From the NCBI RefSeq assembly GCF_028641065.1, contig NC_073389.1, forward strand, positions 62,001 through 126,000: a stretch of DNA of 64,000 nucleotides. The letters are read 5' to 3'. The position numbers were made by a program, and so were the translations under genes. Below are positions 22,775-39,079 of the stretch, one piece after another. Numbering within the stretch: the stretch's first letter is position 1; each line of letters starts with the position of its first letter. Origin of the DNA: Leucoraja erinacea. Taxonomy: Eukaryota. The notes below the pieces were generated by a model, which did no database searches, was not told the origin of the DNA, and saw only the letters and a program-made list of their open reading frames with translations.

Positions 22775-24624
22775 TCTCCCTAAAGTTCAGGCCCACGAGT
22801 CCTGGCAACATCCTCCTAAATATTTGCATTCTTTCCAGCTTAATGGTATCCATTCCTTCTGCAAGATGATCAAAACTGAGTACACAGTAGTAGTTTTACA
22901 TAACTGAGTAGATTCATTGTAGAGGAGTTTTGAGATACAGCGTCGAAACTAAGCCCCTGTCCCCCCCTATAAGACCTAAGCAGCAACCTCTGGTGACCTT
23001 GCCCGCCACCCAAAAAAAAAATCTAGGTCGAGGTGACCTGCAACCTCCTACCACCTTCCACGCATATGTTGAAAAACTTCCTCGACTATGAAGAAAACCG
23101 GCTTCGACTAGACCTGCGACAAAAAAAATATTGTTATAACGGCAACCTATTTTTAGTCGAGGCCGGTTTTAAACATGATGTAAACATAGCAGCAACCTAG
23201 ATGAAGCCTCGACCACTTAAGAAACACGTTTTCTCACAGAGAGTGTTGTGTGTGGAATTCTCTGCCTCAAAGAGGACGGTGGAGGCAGGTTGTCTGGATG
23301 CTTTCAAGAGAGAGCTAGATAGGGCTCTTAAAAATAGTGGAGTCAGGGGATATGGGGAGAAGGCAGAAACAGGATACTGATTGGGGACGATCAGCCATGA
23401 TCACATTGAATGGCGGTGCTGGCTCGAAGGGCCATTTAGCCTGCTCATGCACCTATTTGTCTATTGACCATTAGGGAGAGTGACCAAAACGTCCGGTGAC
23501 CTCATGGAAACCTTGGGTGGCAGGCAAGGTCACTAGAGGTTGCTGTTTAGATCTTCTAAGTGGGACAGGAGCTTGGTGCTTCTGCCTCATCGACTCGCTA
23601 CACACTACGGATAATTTAGTTTAGCTTATAGTCACATGTCCCCAGTTATAGTGAAAAGCTTTTGTTGTGTGCTAACCAGTCAGTGGAAAGACTACACATG
23701 ATTACAATCGAGATATTTACATTGTACAGTTACATGATGAAGGGGATAACGATTAGTACAAGATAAAGCCAGTAAAGTCCGATCAAACATAGTCTGAGGG
23801 CCAGTAAAGTCCAATCAAACCCACATGTCATTGGGATGTGGAAGGAAACAGGAACACACGTGAGAAAACCCATGTGGTCACAGGGAGAACGTACCAACTC
23901 CACACCGTCAGCTCCCGAGGTCAGGATTAAACTCGGGTCTCTGTCGCTGTGAGGGAGCAGCTATACCAGCTGAGCCATTGTGCTGAACTCGATGGGCCGA
24001 ATGGCCTGTTTGCATGCTCATGTTCTAAGTGAATTCCACGGGTTGCAGCCTGCAGGACCCGGTCGCAGTGTAGATTGAACAGTAAAGGCCATGTCCCACT
24101 TGGCCGTCATTTGCGCCTCATTTACACGTCATATGTAAAATAGGTTGATGCGTTGTGACGCATGGGTAGCGTGTGGGTAGCGGGGGATGGGCACATGGAG
24201 AGGCATGGAGGAATGTGGAGTTGTGCGCAGTATCGTGCGGCCCTCCAGGATTTCGTGCTGCACAAAACGCTGACACATTTGGTACGCACACTGACGCATT
24301 GACGTCGTACACTCCTTCCCGACGTCTCATGTGTATTGCGTGGTGATGCATGGCTATGTCAGTCGGCCACAATGAGAAAATAATTATGCCATAAGCATCA
24401 ATGCTTTCAGAGTAACACCTTAATAAGTATTTTTGAAACATCCTTAGTTCAGGATGTGTCAAAAGTTAACATCCAGGTAAGGATTGCAGATTTGATATCC
24501 TAAAAGAACACTAGTAACTAAATTAGATTTTTTTAAATAACCACCAACAATTTTACTAACACCATTTTAAAGAAAATTTGCAAACTAATTCTGAAGCTGA
24601 GTTCAAACCCGCAAACTGCTATAA

Positions 24625-26082
24625 TCTATCTATCTATCTTCTATCTCTCTATCTATTTATCTATCTATATTTATATAAAACTCTCGCCCCATCCGACCGC
24701 CTGCCGTCCGGAGCCCTTCCTGCCTTTCGATTCGTTCCCGCCGTGCGATGTCACAATGCCCGATGCTCGCGGACGTCCAATCGGAATGGATCCATTTGCA
24801 TGTACGGCTTCCGGCCGCGTTTCTTCCTTTGATTCTCTGCAACTCCGAAACCAGACGCAGAATCGCCGACATCTTTTCCATTTCGGTAGAGATTTCGCTT
24901 TTCTTTCTAAGTATCTGCTCCTCATTACATTTCGTTGTGTTTAAGTACACGTTTTTAATCAACTCCTTCACACCCCCCCCCCACCTCAATATTTCAAAAA
25001 TAAACTGGCTTCTCACCCATAGAAGCAGCACCAGCCCCAACCCCTGTTGAACGTTCCATCGTGTGATGTCACAATGCCCGATGTTCACATAAGTCCAATC
25101 GGAATGGATTAATTTACATATGCCTTTGCAGGGCCCGAGCCCATGGTGAACGTTGTGAAGAGAAAAGTCCTGAATTGCATTTGTCTGATGCAGGAAGATT
25201 GTCCCAGATGTTGGGGAAGTCCAGGACAAGCGGGACACAGTTTAAGGATAAAGGGGAAATCCTTTAGAAACATAGAAATTAGGTGCAGGAGTAGGCCATT
25301 CGGCCCTTCGAGCCTGCACCGCCATTTAATATGATCATGGCTGAGATGATCTTTAGTACTGAGATGAGGAAAACATTTTTCACACAGATAGTGGTGAGTC
25401 TCTGGAACTCTGCCACAGAAGGTAGTTGAGGCCAGTTCATTGGATATATTTAAGAGGGAGTTAGATGTGGCCCTTGTGGCTAAAGGGATCAGGGGGTATG
25501 GAGAAAGGCAGGTACAGGATACTGAGCTGGATGATCAGCCATGATCATATTGAATGGTGGTGCAGGCTCGAAGGGCCGAATGGCCTACTCCTGCACTTAA
25601 TTTCTATGTGTCCCTCTCCTCACCCCTCTCCCTCTGCCACCCATCTCTCTCTCCCCCACCCCCCTTCCCTCTCTACCACCACCCCCTTCCCTCTCTACCC
25701 CCACCCCCTTCCCCCTACCCCTCTGTCCCTCTTTCACCACTCCCCCATCCCTCTTCTACCACTCCCGCTAACCCCTCCCTCCCTCCCCACTCTTTCACTT
25801 CTCTCCCATTCTCCTCTCCTCACCCCTCTCCCATCCCTCCCTCCCCCCCCACCCCCCTTCCCTCTTCCATCACTCCCCGCTACCCCCTCTCTCCTCCTCC
25901 CTCCCCACTCTTTGCCCTCTTTCCCCCACCGCTCTCCCCACCCCCCCACCCCCCCTACCCGCTCTCCTTTCCCTCCCAAATCTACCCGTTTTCCTCCTCC
26001 CTCCCCTCTTTCTCACCCCCCCCCCCCCCCCTCCGCAAACGCCGTTGTGGAAACAGACCCAACGGGTCTGCACTTGGTCTAG
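24625..26082 (+). mobile_element. Non-autonomous Helitron unit 1 carrying a CR1 3' fragment and a CT-rich tract
   Basis: 5' A|TC(TATC)n...ATATAAAACTCTC. 3' hairpin CAGACCC-AAC-GGGTCTG (26054-26070), an 8-nt spacer, then CTAG. Confidence 0.8.
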
Positions 26083-29000
26083 TATATATATATAAAAACT
26101 CTCTCGCCCCATCCAACCGCCTGCGCTATGGCGCCCATCCTGCCTTTCGATTTGTTTTCCCGGCCGTGCGATGTCACAATGCCCGATGCTCGCAGACGTC
26201 CAATCGCGATGCCCGCGTCGCAGACGTCCAATCGGAATGGATCCATTTGCATGTACGGCTTCCGGCCGCGTTTCTTCCTTTGATTCCCTGCAACACCGAA
26301 ACCAGACGCAGAATCGCCGACATATTTTCCATTTCGGTAGAGATTTCGCTTTTCTTTCAAAGTATCCGTTCCTCATTACATTTCATCGTGTTTAAGTACA
26401 CGTTTTTAATCAAATCCTTCACCCACCCCCCCCCCCCCCCCCCCCCCCCCCCCCACACCTTAATATTTCAAAAATATTTTTCATCATCCTCCTCTCCCTC
26501 CCCTCCCTCCCCTCTTCTCACCCCCCCCCCCCCCCCCCGCAAACGCCATTTTGTCGTGTTTTATGTACACATTTTTTAATCAAATCCTTCTCTCCCCCCC
26601 TTACCAATATTTCAAAATAAACTGGCATCTCACCCATAGAAGCAGCCCCAGCCCCAGCCCCTGGTGAACGTTCCATCGTGTGATGTCACAATGTCCGATG
26701 CTCACAGATGTCCAATCGGAATGGATTCATTTACATATGCCTTTGCAGGAGCCCAGCCCATGGTGAACATTCCATCGTGTGATGTCACAATGCCCAATGC
26801 TCAAATACATTGTTGCCATAGAGAACGCTCAGCGATTATTCGAATTCTTCACTAACCGTCATTCTGACTTTGCTCGTGAAGAGAAAAGTCCTGAATTGAA
26901 TTTGTCTGATGCAGGAAGATTGTTCCAGATGTTGGGGAAGTCCAGGACAAGCGGGACACAGTTTAAGGATAAAGGAGAAATCCTTTAGTACTGAGATGAG
27001 GAAAACATTTTTCACACAGATAGTGGTGAGTCTCTGGAACTCTCTGCCACAGAAGGTAGTTGAGGCCAGTTCATTGGCTATATTTAAGAGGGAGTTAGAT
27101 GTGGCCCTTGTGGCTAAAGGGATCAGGGAGTATGGAGAGAATGCAGGTACAGGATACTGAGCTGGATGATCAGCCATGATCATATTGAATGGTGGTTCAA
27201 GCTCGAAGGGCCGATTGGCCTACTCCTGCACTTAATTTCTATGTTTCCCTCTCCTCACCCCTCTCCCTCTCTCCCTCACCCCCCTTCCCTCTCTAACACC
27301 ACCCTCTTCCCCTATCCCTCTTCCACCACTCCCCCGTCCCTCTTCCACCACTCCCGCTACCCCTCCCTCCCTCCCCCATCTTCCACTTCTCTCCCCCTTC
27401 TCTCTCCCCCTCCCTCCCTCTCCTCACCCCTCTCCCCTCTCCCCTTCTCCCCCCTTCCCTGTCTACCCCACCCCGTTCCCTCTTCCCCCCCCGACTCCCC
27501 CCCCTTCCCCTATCCCTCTTCCCATCACTCCCCCCTCCCCCTCTCCCCCTCTCCTCCCTCCCCTCCCCACTCTTACCCCCCCTCTCTCCCCCCACTCTTT
27601 CCCCTCTCCCTCCCCCCACTCCTCTCCTCCCCCTCCCCTCCCCTCCCCCCATCCCCTCTCCCCCACATCTCTCCCTCACCCCCTACCCTCTCTCCTTTCC
27701 CTCCCAAATCGATCCCGTTTCATCCTCCACCTCTCCCCTCCCTCCCCTCTTCCCTCCCCTCCCCCCCCCCCCCCCCCGCAAACGCCATTTTGTCGTGTTT
27801 ATCTACACATTTTTAATCAAATCCTTCTCCTCCCCCCCTCCCAATATTTCAAAATAAACTGGCATCTCACCCATAGAATCAGCCCCAGCCCCTGGTGAAC
27901 GTTCCATCGTGTGATGTCACAATGCCCAATGTTCACATATGTCCAATCGGAATGGATTCATTTACATATGCCTTTGCAGGAGTCCCAGCCCCTGGTGAAC
28001 GTTCCATTGTGTGATGTCACAAAGCCCAATGCTCAAATACATTGTTGCCATAGAGGGAGTACAGAGAAGGTTCACCAGACTGATTCCTGGGATGTCAGGA
28101 CTTTCATATGAAGAAAGACTGGATAGACTCGGCTTGCAACACGCTAGAATTTAGAAGATTGAGGGGGAATCTTATAGAAACTTACAAAATTCTTAAGGGG
28201 TTGGACAGGCTAGATGCAGGAAGATTGTTCCAGATGTTGGGGGAATTCCAGAACAAGGGGTCACAGTTTAAAGATAAGGGGGAATCCTTTAGGACAGAGA
28301 TGAGAAAAACATTTTCCACACAGAGAGTGGTGAATCGCTGGAATTCTCTGCCACAGAAGGTAGTTGAGGCCAGTTTCATTTGGCTATATTTAAGAGGGAG
28401 TTTAGATGTGGCCCTTGTGGCTAAAGGGATCAGGGGTATGGAGAGAAGGCAGGTACAGGATACTGAGTTGGATGATCAGCCATGATCATATTGAATGGTG
28501 GTGGCAGGCTCGAAGGGCCGAATGGCCTATTACTGCACTTAATTTCTATGTTTCCCCCTCCCTCTCCCTCTCCCCTCTCCCTCTCCTCATCCCCCCCTCT
28601 CCCTCACCCCCCTCCTCGTCCCTCACTACCCCACCCCCCCTCCCCTCTCTCCACCCGCCCCCTTCCCCCTACCCCTCTCCCTTTCCTCCCCTCTCCCCTC
28701 ACTCTTCCACGAATCAATCCTCTCCTTCCTTCCCCCTTCTTCCTCCCCCCCCTCCTCCTCCCTCTCCCTCCCCATCCTCTCTCTTCCTCTTCTTCTTCCT
28801 CTCTCTCCACCCCTCCTCTCTCCCCTCCCCTCCTCCCCCCCTCCCCCACATCCTATTAAGTCCCAGGGTCTCCTCGCCATTCCTCTCTCACCCCCTAATG
28901 TCCCCCGCCCCCCTCCCTCCCAATCGGCAGCCCCCCTCCTCCACCTCCCTCTCTCCCCCCTTCCCCCCCTCTCCCCCCCCCCCCCTCCCTTAAAATTATG
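26083..29000 (+). mobile_element. Head-to-tail continuation of the Helitron array (unit 2 and internal duplications)
   Basis: A copy of the unit 1 5' sequence starts immediately after CTAG. The block gtgaacgttccatcgtgtgatgtcacaatgccc + CR1 3' end + CT tract recurs at about 26640, 27870, 37560 and 38520. Confidence 0.75.
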
Positions 29001-29399
29001 TCCCGGTCTCCCCCCACCCCAAAACTCTTCACGGGTTCCCTTTCCTCCCTACCACCCCCACCAATTCCCCTTTCGAACAAATGCCGGAGTAGAGGCCATC
29101 CTCAACCCTTCAAAAAGCGGGGCATTTCCAAGAGAGATCTGGCTGAATTTTCCTCTCTTTAATTTCCCCTGTCTTGTACCCAGTTCCCCCACCCCCTGAC
29201 TCGCCTCCCCTCACCTATTTGAAACCCATCGTTTGGGGTTGTCGGCCCTTCCCGTGCCCCTCTGGGATTCATCATTTTCTGCACCCCCTTCTCCACTTTA
29301 GCCTCCCCCCCCCTCCTTCATCTCCCTCCTCTCCTCCACCCTTTTTTTCTCTCACCCCCCCTCCCCACCTTAAAACACATGGTCCTCTAACCTCCCTCT

Positions 29400-32026
29400 A
29401 CAGGACCAACCACCCCAATGAACCCTCCCCACAGGTCCCACACAACCACTAACCCTCCTACCACCCCACAACCCCCACAACCAACACACAACACACCTGA
29501 CTTCACCACGCCCCCTACCTTCCCCCCCACAAACATCCAATGCACCACACAACACACCTTCATCACACACACACACTCCACACCCATCCCACCAACACAT
29601 CCACCCTACACATACACACACCACACCATCACCACCCTCTCACACCCACACAAACCACACACCCACACCCACACACCCCACCCACACCCACACCTACCCC
29701 ACCCACACACCTTCCACACCCCATCCACACACCAAAAACCCACCCCCACAAGCTCCCACACACCCCCACACCAAGGGCAACACACAAAACCACCCCCACA
29801 CAACCCCCACCACTCCAACAACACAACCGGTTTGCAACCAAAACCCCGTAGCCCGACGCACACACACACACCTACAGTGACCCCACCACCCACCTACCAC
29901 ACACACCCACTTCTTACCCAACCACACCCCTCCACACACACCCACCACACCAATCCCACCCACACACACACCCCACCCACACCACCACACCAACCCACCC
30001 ACACACCCCTACCAGCCCCATTTCCACCCCACCCACCACAACCCTGGGCTGACAACCCCATGGACCACACGCCTAAGACAGAACAACAGGGTCACCCACA
30101 CCCCAACACCACACACATGAAATCCCCTAACCCCCACACACCCCACCATGCCTCACCCCTCACCCTCAACTAAACAGGTTACAAACCAAACCACAGGACC
30201 CTCCACGTTAAAACAACCACCACACACCCCACACACCAACCACCCACAGAACACACACACACACTCAAACAAAACTCCAACAACGAAAACGGGGCCTGCC
30301 CACACCCCCACACCCCCCCCACCCACACTCAACACACCAAACACCCCCACACACCCCCACCGACACCACACACAACCCCACACCCCACCCCACACCCACC
30401 CACCACGGAGACACACACACACCAACACACACAACCACACCACACACACTCCGCGATGACCTACACCCCACACACCCCCCCACAATCTACCCCCACACCA
30501 CAACACACCACCCACCCACCTTCCCCCACCCAACAACACCAACCCTCACCTCGACCCACACCACACGCACACATACCACCCACCCACTACACACCAAACA
30601 CCACCGGCCCCCACACCACACCCCCCACACTTGTTCACACACACACCCATAAACCCCCATACCACACACCCCCCTACTACACAGAACACACCCACCCATA
30701 CACCCTTCACCACACACCCCAACACCCCCCACACCTCCACCACCCACACACCCACCAACAACCAACCTCACCCCCACACAACACAAAACCCCTCACTAAA
30801 CTCCCCTCACACCCCCCCCCACACCCCCCACACCACACACACCACCCCAGACACACAACACCCATACCACACACACCACACGACACACACCCACCCAAAC
30901 AACCCCAACAACCCACCACCAACCACCACTCCACCCCACACCAACCCACACAACCCACACACCTGACCCACCCACCCACTACCCCCAACCTCACCCCTCC
31001 CAACCCACCTACACACCCACACACCAAACAGAACCACCACACCATACACATCTCCACCTACCCCACACACCACACCACACCCCACAACCACAACACACCC
31101 CTAACCCACACACCACACACCACCCACCACACTCACCCACCCCACACACAACCCCAACACCACACACACCTACACACCCCCACACACCACACACTCCCCC
31201 CACCACGCACCCACCACACCTTCACCACCACCACACACACCCCACAACCCACCCACACACAATTAATCCACAATCCACACCCCAACCACACATACCCCCC
31301 ACCACCCCAACACACAACACACACCCACACCCCCACAGACCAACTTTACCACCCATCCTCCCCCACAACACCCCCACATACACCCCCCCACACCCGTACA
31401 AAGTACACACCACACCCCACACACACACCTCACACCACACCCCTCACCCCCAAACACCCACCACACTACCCACCACACCACTAACAACCCACACACAAAC
31501 ACATACAAAACTAACCTCCAACCCACACACTAATCACACAATATGACACTACCCACCCCACAACCACAAACACACCACACCACCTACCCCCACACCCACC
31601 ACAACCCCCCAACCCAAAACCAACACACCAACAAAAAACACATTAAACACACAAACAGCACCCCACACACAACACCACCACCCACCAAACAGTAACCATC
31701 ACACCCACACACACAACACACACACAATACACACACCACCCACACACACACCCACACCAACCCACACACCCCTAAAACACAACAACAACCCACACAACAC
31801 AACCCACCACCACCCACCACCCACACACTAAACACAACTCCTTACCACACACACACACACCCAACCACCACACGCAACACCACCACACACACACGAACAC
31901 ACCACACCCCATACACACACCCACACCCCCACCCACACACACCCACAACCACACCACCACACACAACACCACACAACCACACACACTACCCACCACCCCC
32001 CACATACACACCCACACCAACCACAC

Positions 32027-32058
<32 letters not shown>

Positions 32059-35000
32059 ACACACACACACACCACACAACACCCACACACCACACACACA
32101 CACCCACACACCCCAATACACCCAACACANNNNNNNNNNNNNNNNNNNNNNNNNNNNNNNNNNNNNNNNNNNNNNNNNNNNNNNNNNNNNNNNNNNNNNN
32201 NNNNNNNNNNNNNNNNNNNNNNNNNNNNNNNNNNNNNNNNNNNNNNNNNNNNNNNNNNNNNNNNNNNNNNNNNNNNNNNNNNNNNNNNNNNNNNNNNNNN
32301 NNNNNNNNNNNNNNNNNNNNNNNNNNNNNNNNNNNNNNNNNNNNNNNNNNNNNNNNNNNNNNNNNNNNNNNNNNNNNNNNNNNNNNNNNNNNNNNNNNNN
32401 NNNNNNNNNNNCCCCAAACACCCACCACACAACCCCCACACCACACCCACACCCCACCACCCCCCACACACAAAACACACCCACACACACCACACACACA
32501 CCCCCACACACCCACCACCTTCAAAAAAACCACTCNNNNNNNNNNNNNNNNNNNNNNNNNNNNNNNNNNNNNNNNNNNNNNNNNNNNNNNNNNNNNNNNN
32601 NNNNNNNNNNNNNNNNNNNNNNNNNNNNNNNNNNNNNNNNNNNNNNNNNNNNNNNNNNNNNNNNNNNNNNNNNNNNNNNNNNNNNNNNNNNNNNNNNNNN
32701 CACCACCCACACCCCACACACGCACTCACACACCCACAACCACACACCCACACTCACACCCACACAAAACCACACACTACACCCACACACACCACCACCA
32801 CCCAACATCACACCCACAACACACACCACACCACACACACAAACACACATCCCCCTCACACACTCCACACACCCACCACACACACACTACACACCAACCC
32901 ACACATACACCTAACACACCACCCACCACACACCACACCACACCCACACACACTACCCACACATACACACACACACACACACCACAACCACATAACACAC
33001 ACACACACACACCACACACACCCAAACACCACCAACACTACCACACCCCACCACACACCACACACACCACACACACCCACACCACACCACCANNNNNNNN
33101 NNNNNNNNNNNNNNNNNNNNNNNNNNNNNNNNNNNNNNNNNNNNNNNNNNNNNNNNNNNNNNNNNNNNNNNNNNNNNNNNNNNNNNNNNNNNNNNNNNNN
33201 NNNNNNNNNNNNNNNNNNNNNNNNNNNNNNNNNNNCAACACAACACACCACTACACACACCATACCACACCCACACACAACCCACACACAACCACAACAC
33301 CACACACAAAACCCACACACACCCACACCACACCACACACCCCACACACACTACACACAAACCCCTAACCACCCCACACATCACTCACAACACACACCCC
33401 AACACACACACCCAGACACAACACCCACACACCCCACACCACGCCTACCCCCACACCACACACATATAAACCCCACCTCCACCCACACCCACATACACAC
33501 AAACACACACACCACATACACATAACACAACCAGACCCAACCATACACCACACCCACACAACACACACACTCACCCCCAACACCCCCCCACATACAAACA
33601 ACACACACACCACACACTACCAACACACACCACCACCCACCTAACACACACCCAAAAACACCACACCACAAACACCACAAACACACACACCCACACACAC
33701 ACACAACACACACAACAAACACCCACACATAACACACAAACACCCCCACACACAATCCACACACACACACCCTACCCCCCACCCACACACCACACACCCA
33801 CACCACACACCAACCCCACACAACCACACCACACAAACATACCCCACACATCACACACACCACCCACCACTACACACACACACACCCACACACACACACA
33901 CACACACCATACACAAACACACACACCACACTACACACACACCACCACACACACCCAACACACACCAAACACCACACCACACACACCCCCATAAAACACA
34001 ACCAAAACACACACACCCAACACACCCACCTACACACTCACAACCCACCAACACACACACCACACTACACCACCTACCCCCACACCCCCAACAAACACAC
34101 ACCAAACACAACCCCCACACACACCACCAACCCACACGCACCAAACACACACCACAACACCCACACACACACCACACACCACAAACCCCCACCTTATACA
34201 CCCCACACACACACCCAAACTACACTACCCCACACCCAAACACACACCCCTCTACCACACCACACCCCACTACACACCCCCACTCCCTCCCCCCACACAC
34301 CAACCAACTACAACACACCACTATCCCCCACTACCCTAAACACACACTAACCCTACCCACCCAAACACACACCCAAACACAGACACACATACACACACCC
34401 ACAACACACCACAAACACCATAACCCACACCCCACACCAACCCCCCACCCAAAACCACCAACCACACACACACACATCACCCACACCCCACACACTACCC
34501 ACACACACACACATACACTACCACACACTTACACACCACAACACAAACCTAACAACACACACAAATCCACAAAACCAAAACCCCCTACCACACACACCAC
34601 ACACACCACACAACACATACACACCACACACACTTACCCCACCAACTATACAAACACCCACACACCACTAAACCACACACAACTATACACCCCAACCCCA
34701 CACAACACATAACAACACACCCCACACACCTCAACACACACCCAAAAACCAAACACCCACACTACACACACACTACCCCCCCACTGACAACCAACCCACC
34801 CCAACACCACCTAACCACACACCCAACACAACACACCTACACACCCCCACACACTAAAACACAACCCACACCATAAACCTACACACAAACCACCAAACCC
34901 ACACCTAACCACCCAAACACTACACACTAACACCACACCACAAACACCACCCCCAAACACACCACACCCCCTACACCAAAAAACACTAACCCAAACCACA

Positions 35001-36920
35001 CACAAACACCCTACACTGGAACCACTACACCACAACCCACCCAACACTAAAACCCCCACAAACACAACACAACAACACCAAACACCCCTAAACACCACAC
35101 TAAACCACACACACACACACACCTCCCAAACCCACCCCAAACACACAAACAACACACCCACACAAAACTCCTAAACAAAAAACCTTTAACCCTCCCCACT
35201 ACACCACAAACACCACTTAAACCCCAACAAACTCCTCTCCACACCTAAAACCCCTAACCCCAACCCTAAATACAACCTCCTAACCACAAAGCCAACACAC
35301 ACCTAAACACCCCCACTAAAAAACCCAGAACCACCCTAGAAACACACCCACACAACCACTACCTACCCAACAAAACACCAAAAACACTACCACACACAAA
35401 CCCCACCTCAACACACACCCCACTAACTCCACCTACACACACCAACACAACACACAAAACAAAAACCACACAACCACCACCTAAACACCTAACACTATAC
35501 ACACACAACGAACCACACACACCAAGAAACAACACAACACCTACAAAACACACACAACTTAATACACACAACTAACACCCACCACACCCAAACAAACCCA
35601 CAACAACACACACACCACACTAACACCCACCACACACCTACACCCCATCCACACACCACAAACACACAAAAACACCCCAAACACACCCACAAAACCACTA
35701 ACCCACTACATACCCCATACCTACACACCTATGCAAACACCTAACACACACCTACACCACCTAACATACACACCAACTCAACCAACACCTCACACCCACC
35801 ACACACCAACACACCTACACCCAAAAAACACACCCACATCTACACAAACACACCACCACACCACAACCACACACCCCCAACTACACCCACACAAACCATA
35901 CCCAAACATACACAACAAACACAAATACACCCTAAACAAACCCACCAACTACCACCACACAAAACCCCCCCACCCTAAACACACAACTACATACACCACA
36001 AGAACAACACATTAACACAACTTCAAGGACACACCACCTAACACACCCATAAACACAAACAACACAAAAACCCAACCACACACTAACACACACCCAAAAC
36101 ACACCCACAACACACCCCCCCACAACAAAACCCCCACCCCCAACACACACCAAAAACACACAACACACACCCTCTACCCCACAAACACCCTTACACAACT
36201 ACATACCCACCCCACACACAACACCTAACACCACTAAAAACACACACCACCACAGACTCACACCCCCACCCCACACCCAACCACCCCACCCCCTAAACCA
36301 CCCCAAACCCCCAACACTACCCTAAAAACACCTACACACCAACACACAAACCACCTTACCACACCCAACTAAACACACCACACTACAACACCATCACACA
36401 CCCACCACACACTTACCACAACAAACACACACCGATCGCAACACACCCCTACACACCCAACACAAACTACTAACCACTTACCCACCACCATCACACACCT
36501 TTACCAACACATACACCCACACCACCACACACACACCTACACCCCTGTCACTCCTCACCCAGTTAACTAAAATACACCCAGACCACATCACTACACAACT
36601 ACACATCATCCGCCTACCTACACTCCCTAACACATACACATACCACCTTACACATCTTATCACACCCAACACCCACACACACACGACACCCCACCCCTAT
36701 CCCCACCCTCCACATACCCACACACACTCCCACTTCTTTAAAGACACACCACCAACACCCACACACCACACCCCCCACACCCACAGCCCTGGACCAACGA
36801 ACCTCCCATTCCCACCTCTTCCCCACACCCACACCCCACCACAACCCCACACACTGTGGAGTCACAACCCTTTTTCCCGCTCCACCACCCCCCCCCACAC
36901 CCCCCCCCCTCCAGACCCAA
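29400..36920. repeat. CA-rich aperiodic low-complexity block with three N runs; likely low-quality consensus
   Basis: Almost G-free on the + strand with no stable period. N runs at 32130-32411, 32536-32700 and 33093-33235. Confidence 0.85.
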
Positions 36921-37329
36921 CCACCCTTATGTGGAGCACCTTATTCCATAGACCACCCCCACACACCTATACCCCAACCTGCACCTCCCACCATTTAAAT
37001 CTGGCCATGTGCCCACCTACCATGACGCATCCGAGTGCTGTGTCCCAATATACCCGGTACAGCCCTCACCCCCTAGCTCAGGTACATGGACCCACACCCA
37101 CACGTGCTGTGGTACTCCAGCTCAGATCTGTGGAGGTGTACCCAGGAAGTACATGTGCAGGATCTAATTACCCCCCCCCCTTTACCCACCTCCCTCATCC
37201 AAATTCCCACCTGAGACTTGCCATACCTTTATTCGTTCCATTCCCCGCCATTGTCACAGCTATGCCCGAGGAAGGGACGTCCAAGTCCTATGCCCGCCTC
37301 AGCCCACCCTGAAGTCCGGACAAGGTGTA

Positions 37330-39060
37330 ATGCCCGGGCGCCGCATTTCTTCCTTTGATTCCCTGCAACTCCGAAACCAGATGCAGAATCGCCAACATCT
37401 TTTCCATTTCGGTAGAGATTTCACTTTTCTTTCAAAGTATCCGTTCCTCATTACATTTCATCGTGTTTAAGTACACTTTTTAATCAAATCCTGCACCCCC
37501 ACCCCACCTCAATATTTCAAAAAGAAACTGGGTTCTAACCCACACAAGTAGCCCCCTGTGAACGTTCCATCGTGTGATGTCACAATGCCCGATGCTCACA
37601 GATGGCCAATCGGAATAGATTCATTTACATATGCCTTTGCAGGAGCCCCAGCCAATGGTGAACGTTCCATTGTGTGATGTCACAATGCCCAATGCTCACA
37701 TATGTCCAATCGGAACTTAAGAGGGAGTTAGATGTGGCCCTTGTGGCTAAAGGGATCAGAGGGTATGGAGAGAAGGCAGGTGCAGGATACTGAGTTGGAT
37801 GATCAGCCATGATCATATTGAATGGCGGTGCAGGCTCGAAGGGCCGAATGGCCTACTCCTGCACTTAATTTCTATGTTTCTATGTTTCCCTCTCCTCACC
37901 CCTCTCCCTCTCGCACCCATCCCTCTCTTCCCCACCCCCTTCCCCTCTCTCCCCCCCGCCCCTTTCGCCCTACCCCTACCTCCCCACTCTTCCACTTCTC
38001 TCCCCTTACCCACCCCTCTCCTCCCCCACCCTTCTCTCTTCCCCTCCCTTTCCCCTCTCTCCCCCACCCTTCCTCCTACACTCTTCCTCTTCCACCACTC
38101 CCCCGTCCCTCTTCCCCCACTCCCGCTACCCTCCCTCCCTCCCCCCCACTCTTCCACTTCTCTCCCCCTTCTTCTCATCCCCCTCCCCCTCCTCACCCCT
38201 CTACCTCTCCCATCCCTCACTCCCTCTCTACCCCACCCACTTCCCTCTCTCCCCCCCACCCCCTTCCGCTATCCCTCTGTCCGTCTTCCATCACTCCCCC
38301 GCACCCCTCCCCCCTCCCTCCCCTCCCCCCCCCCCCCCTCCCCCACATCTTTCTCCCCATCCCACTCTCTTACCCCCTACCCCGCTCACCTTTCCCAAAT
38401 CTGTCCAGTTTCCTCCTCCTCCTCTCCCCTCCTCTCACCTCCCCTCCCCCCACCTGTGTGTTTGGGGGGTGGTTAATGTGAGTGCGATGCCCCCCAATAT
38501 TTCAAAAAATACTGACCTCACCCATAGAAGCAGCCCCAGCCCCAGCCCCTGGTGAACGTTCCATTGTGTGATGTCACAATGCCCAATGCTCAAATACATT
38601 CTTGCCATAGAGGGAGTACAGAGAAGGTTCACCAGACTGATTCCTGGGATGTCGGGACTTTCATATGAAGAAAGACTGGATAGACTCGGCTTGTACTCGC
38701 TAGAATTTAGAAGATTGAGGGCAGATCTTATAGAAACGTACAAAATTCTTAAGGGGTTGGACAGGCTAAATGCAGGAAGATTGTTCCAGATGTTGGGGAA
38801 GTCCAGAACAAGGGGTCACAGTTTAAAGATAAGGGGGAAATCCTTTAGGACAGAGATGAGAAAAACATTTTTCACACAGAGAGTGGTGAATCTCTGGAAT
38901 TATCTGCCACAGAACGTAGTTGAGGCCAGTTCATTGGCTATATTTAAGAGGGAGTTAGATGTGGCCCTTGTGGCTAAAGGGATCAGGGGGTATGGAGAGA
39001 AGGCAGGTACAGGATACTGAGTTGGATGATCAGCCATGATCATATTGAACGGTGGTGCAA
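37330..39060 (+). mobile_element. Further Helitron/CR1 composite units (+)
   Basis: Same internal blocks and CR1 fragment (ORF 38568..39020) as 24625-29000. Confidence 0.7.
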
Positions 39061-39079
39061 GCTAACTCCCTCTTAAATA

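Noticed and set aside
25465-28993. Proline-rich extensin-like ORFs (for example the 341-aa ORF 25554..26579)
   Set aside because: Read-through of CR1 3' UTR into CT-rich tracts within Helitron units.
29370-36920. Dozens of long His/Thr/Pro- or Val/Cys/Gly-rich ORFs
   Set aside because: Translations of stop-poor CA/TG low-complexity sequence and N runs; not genes.
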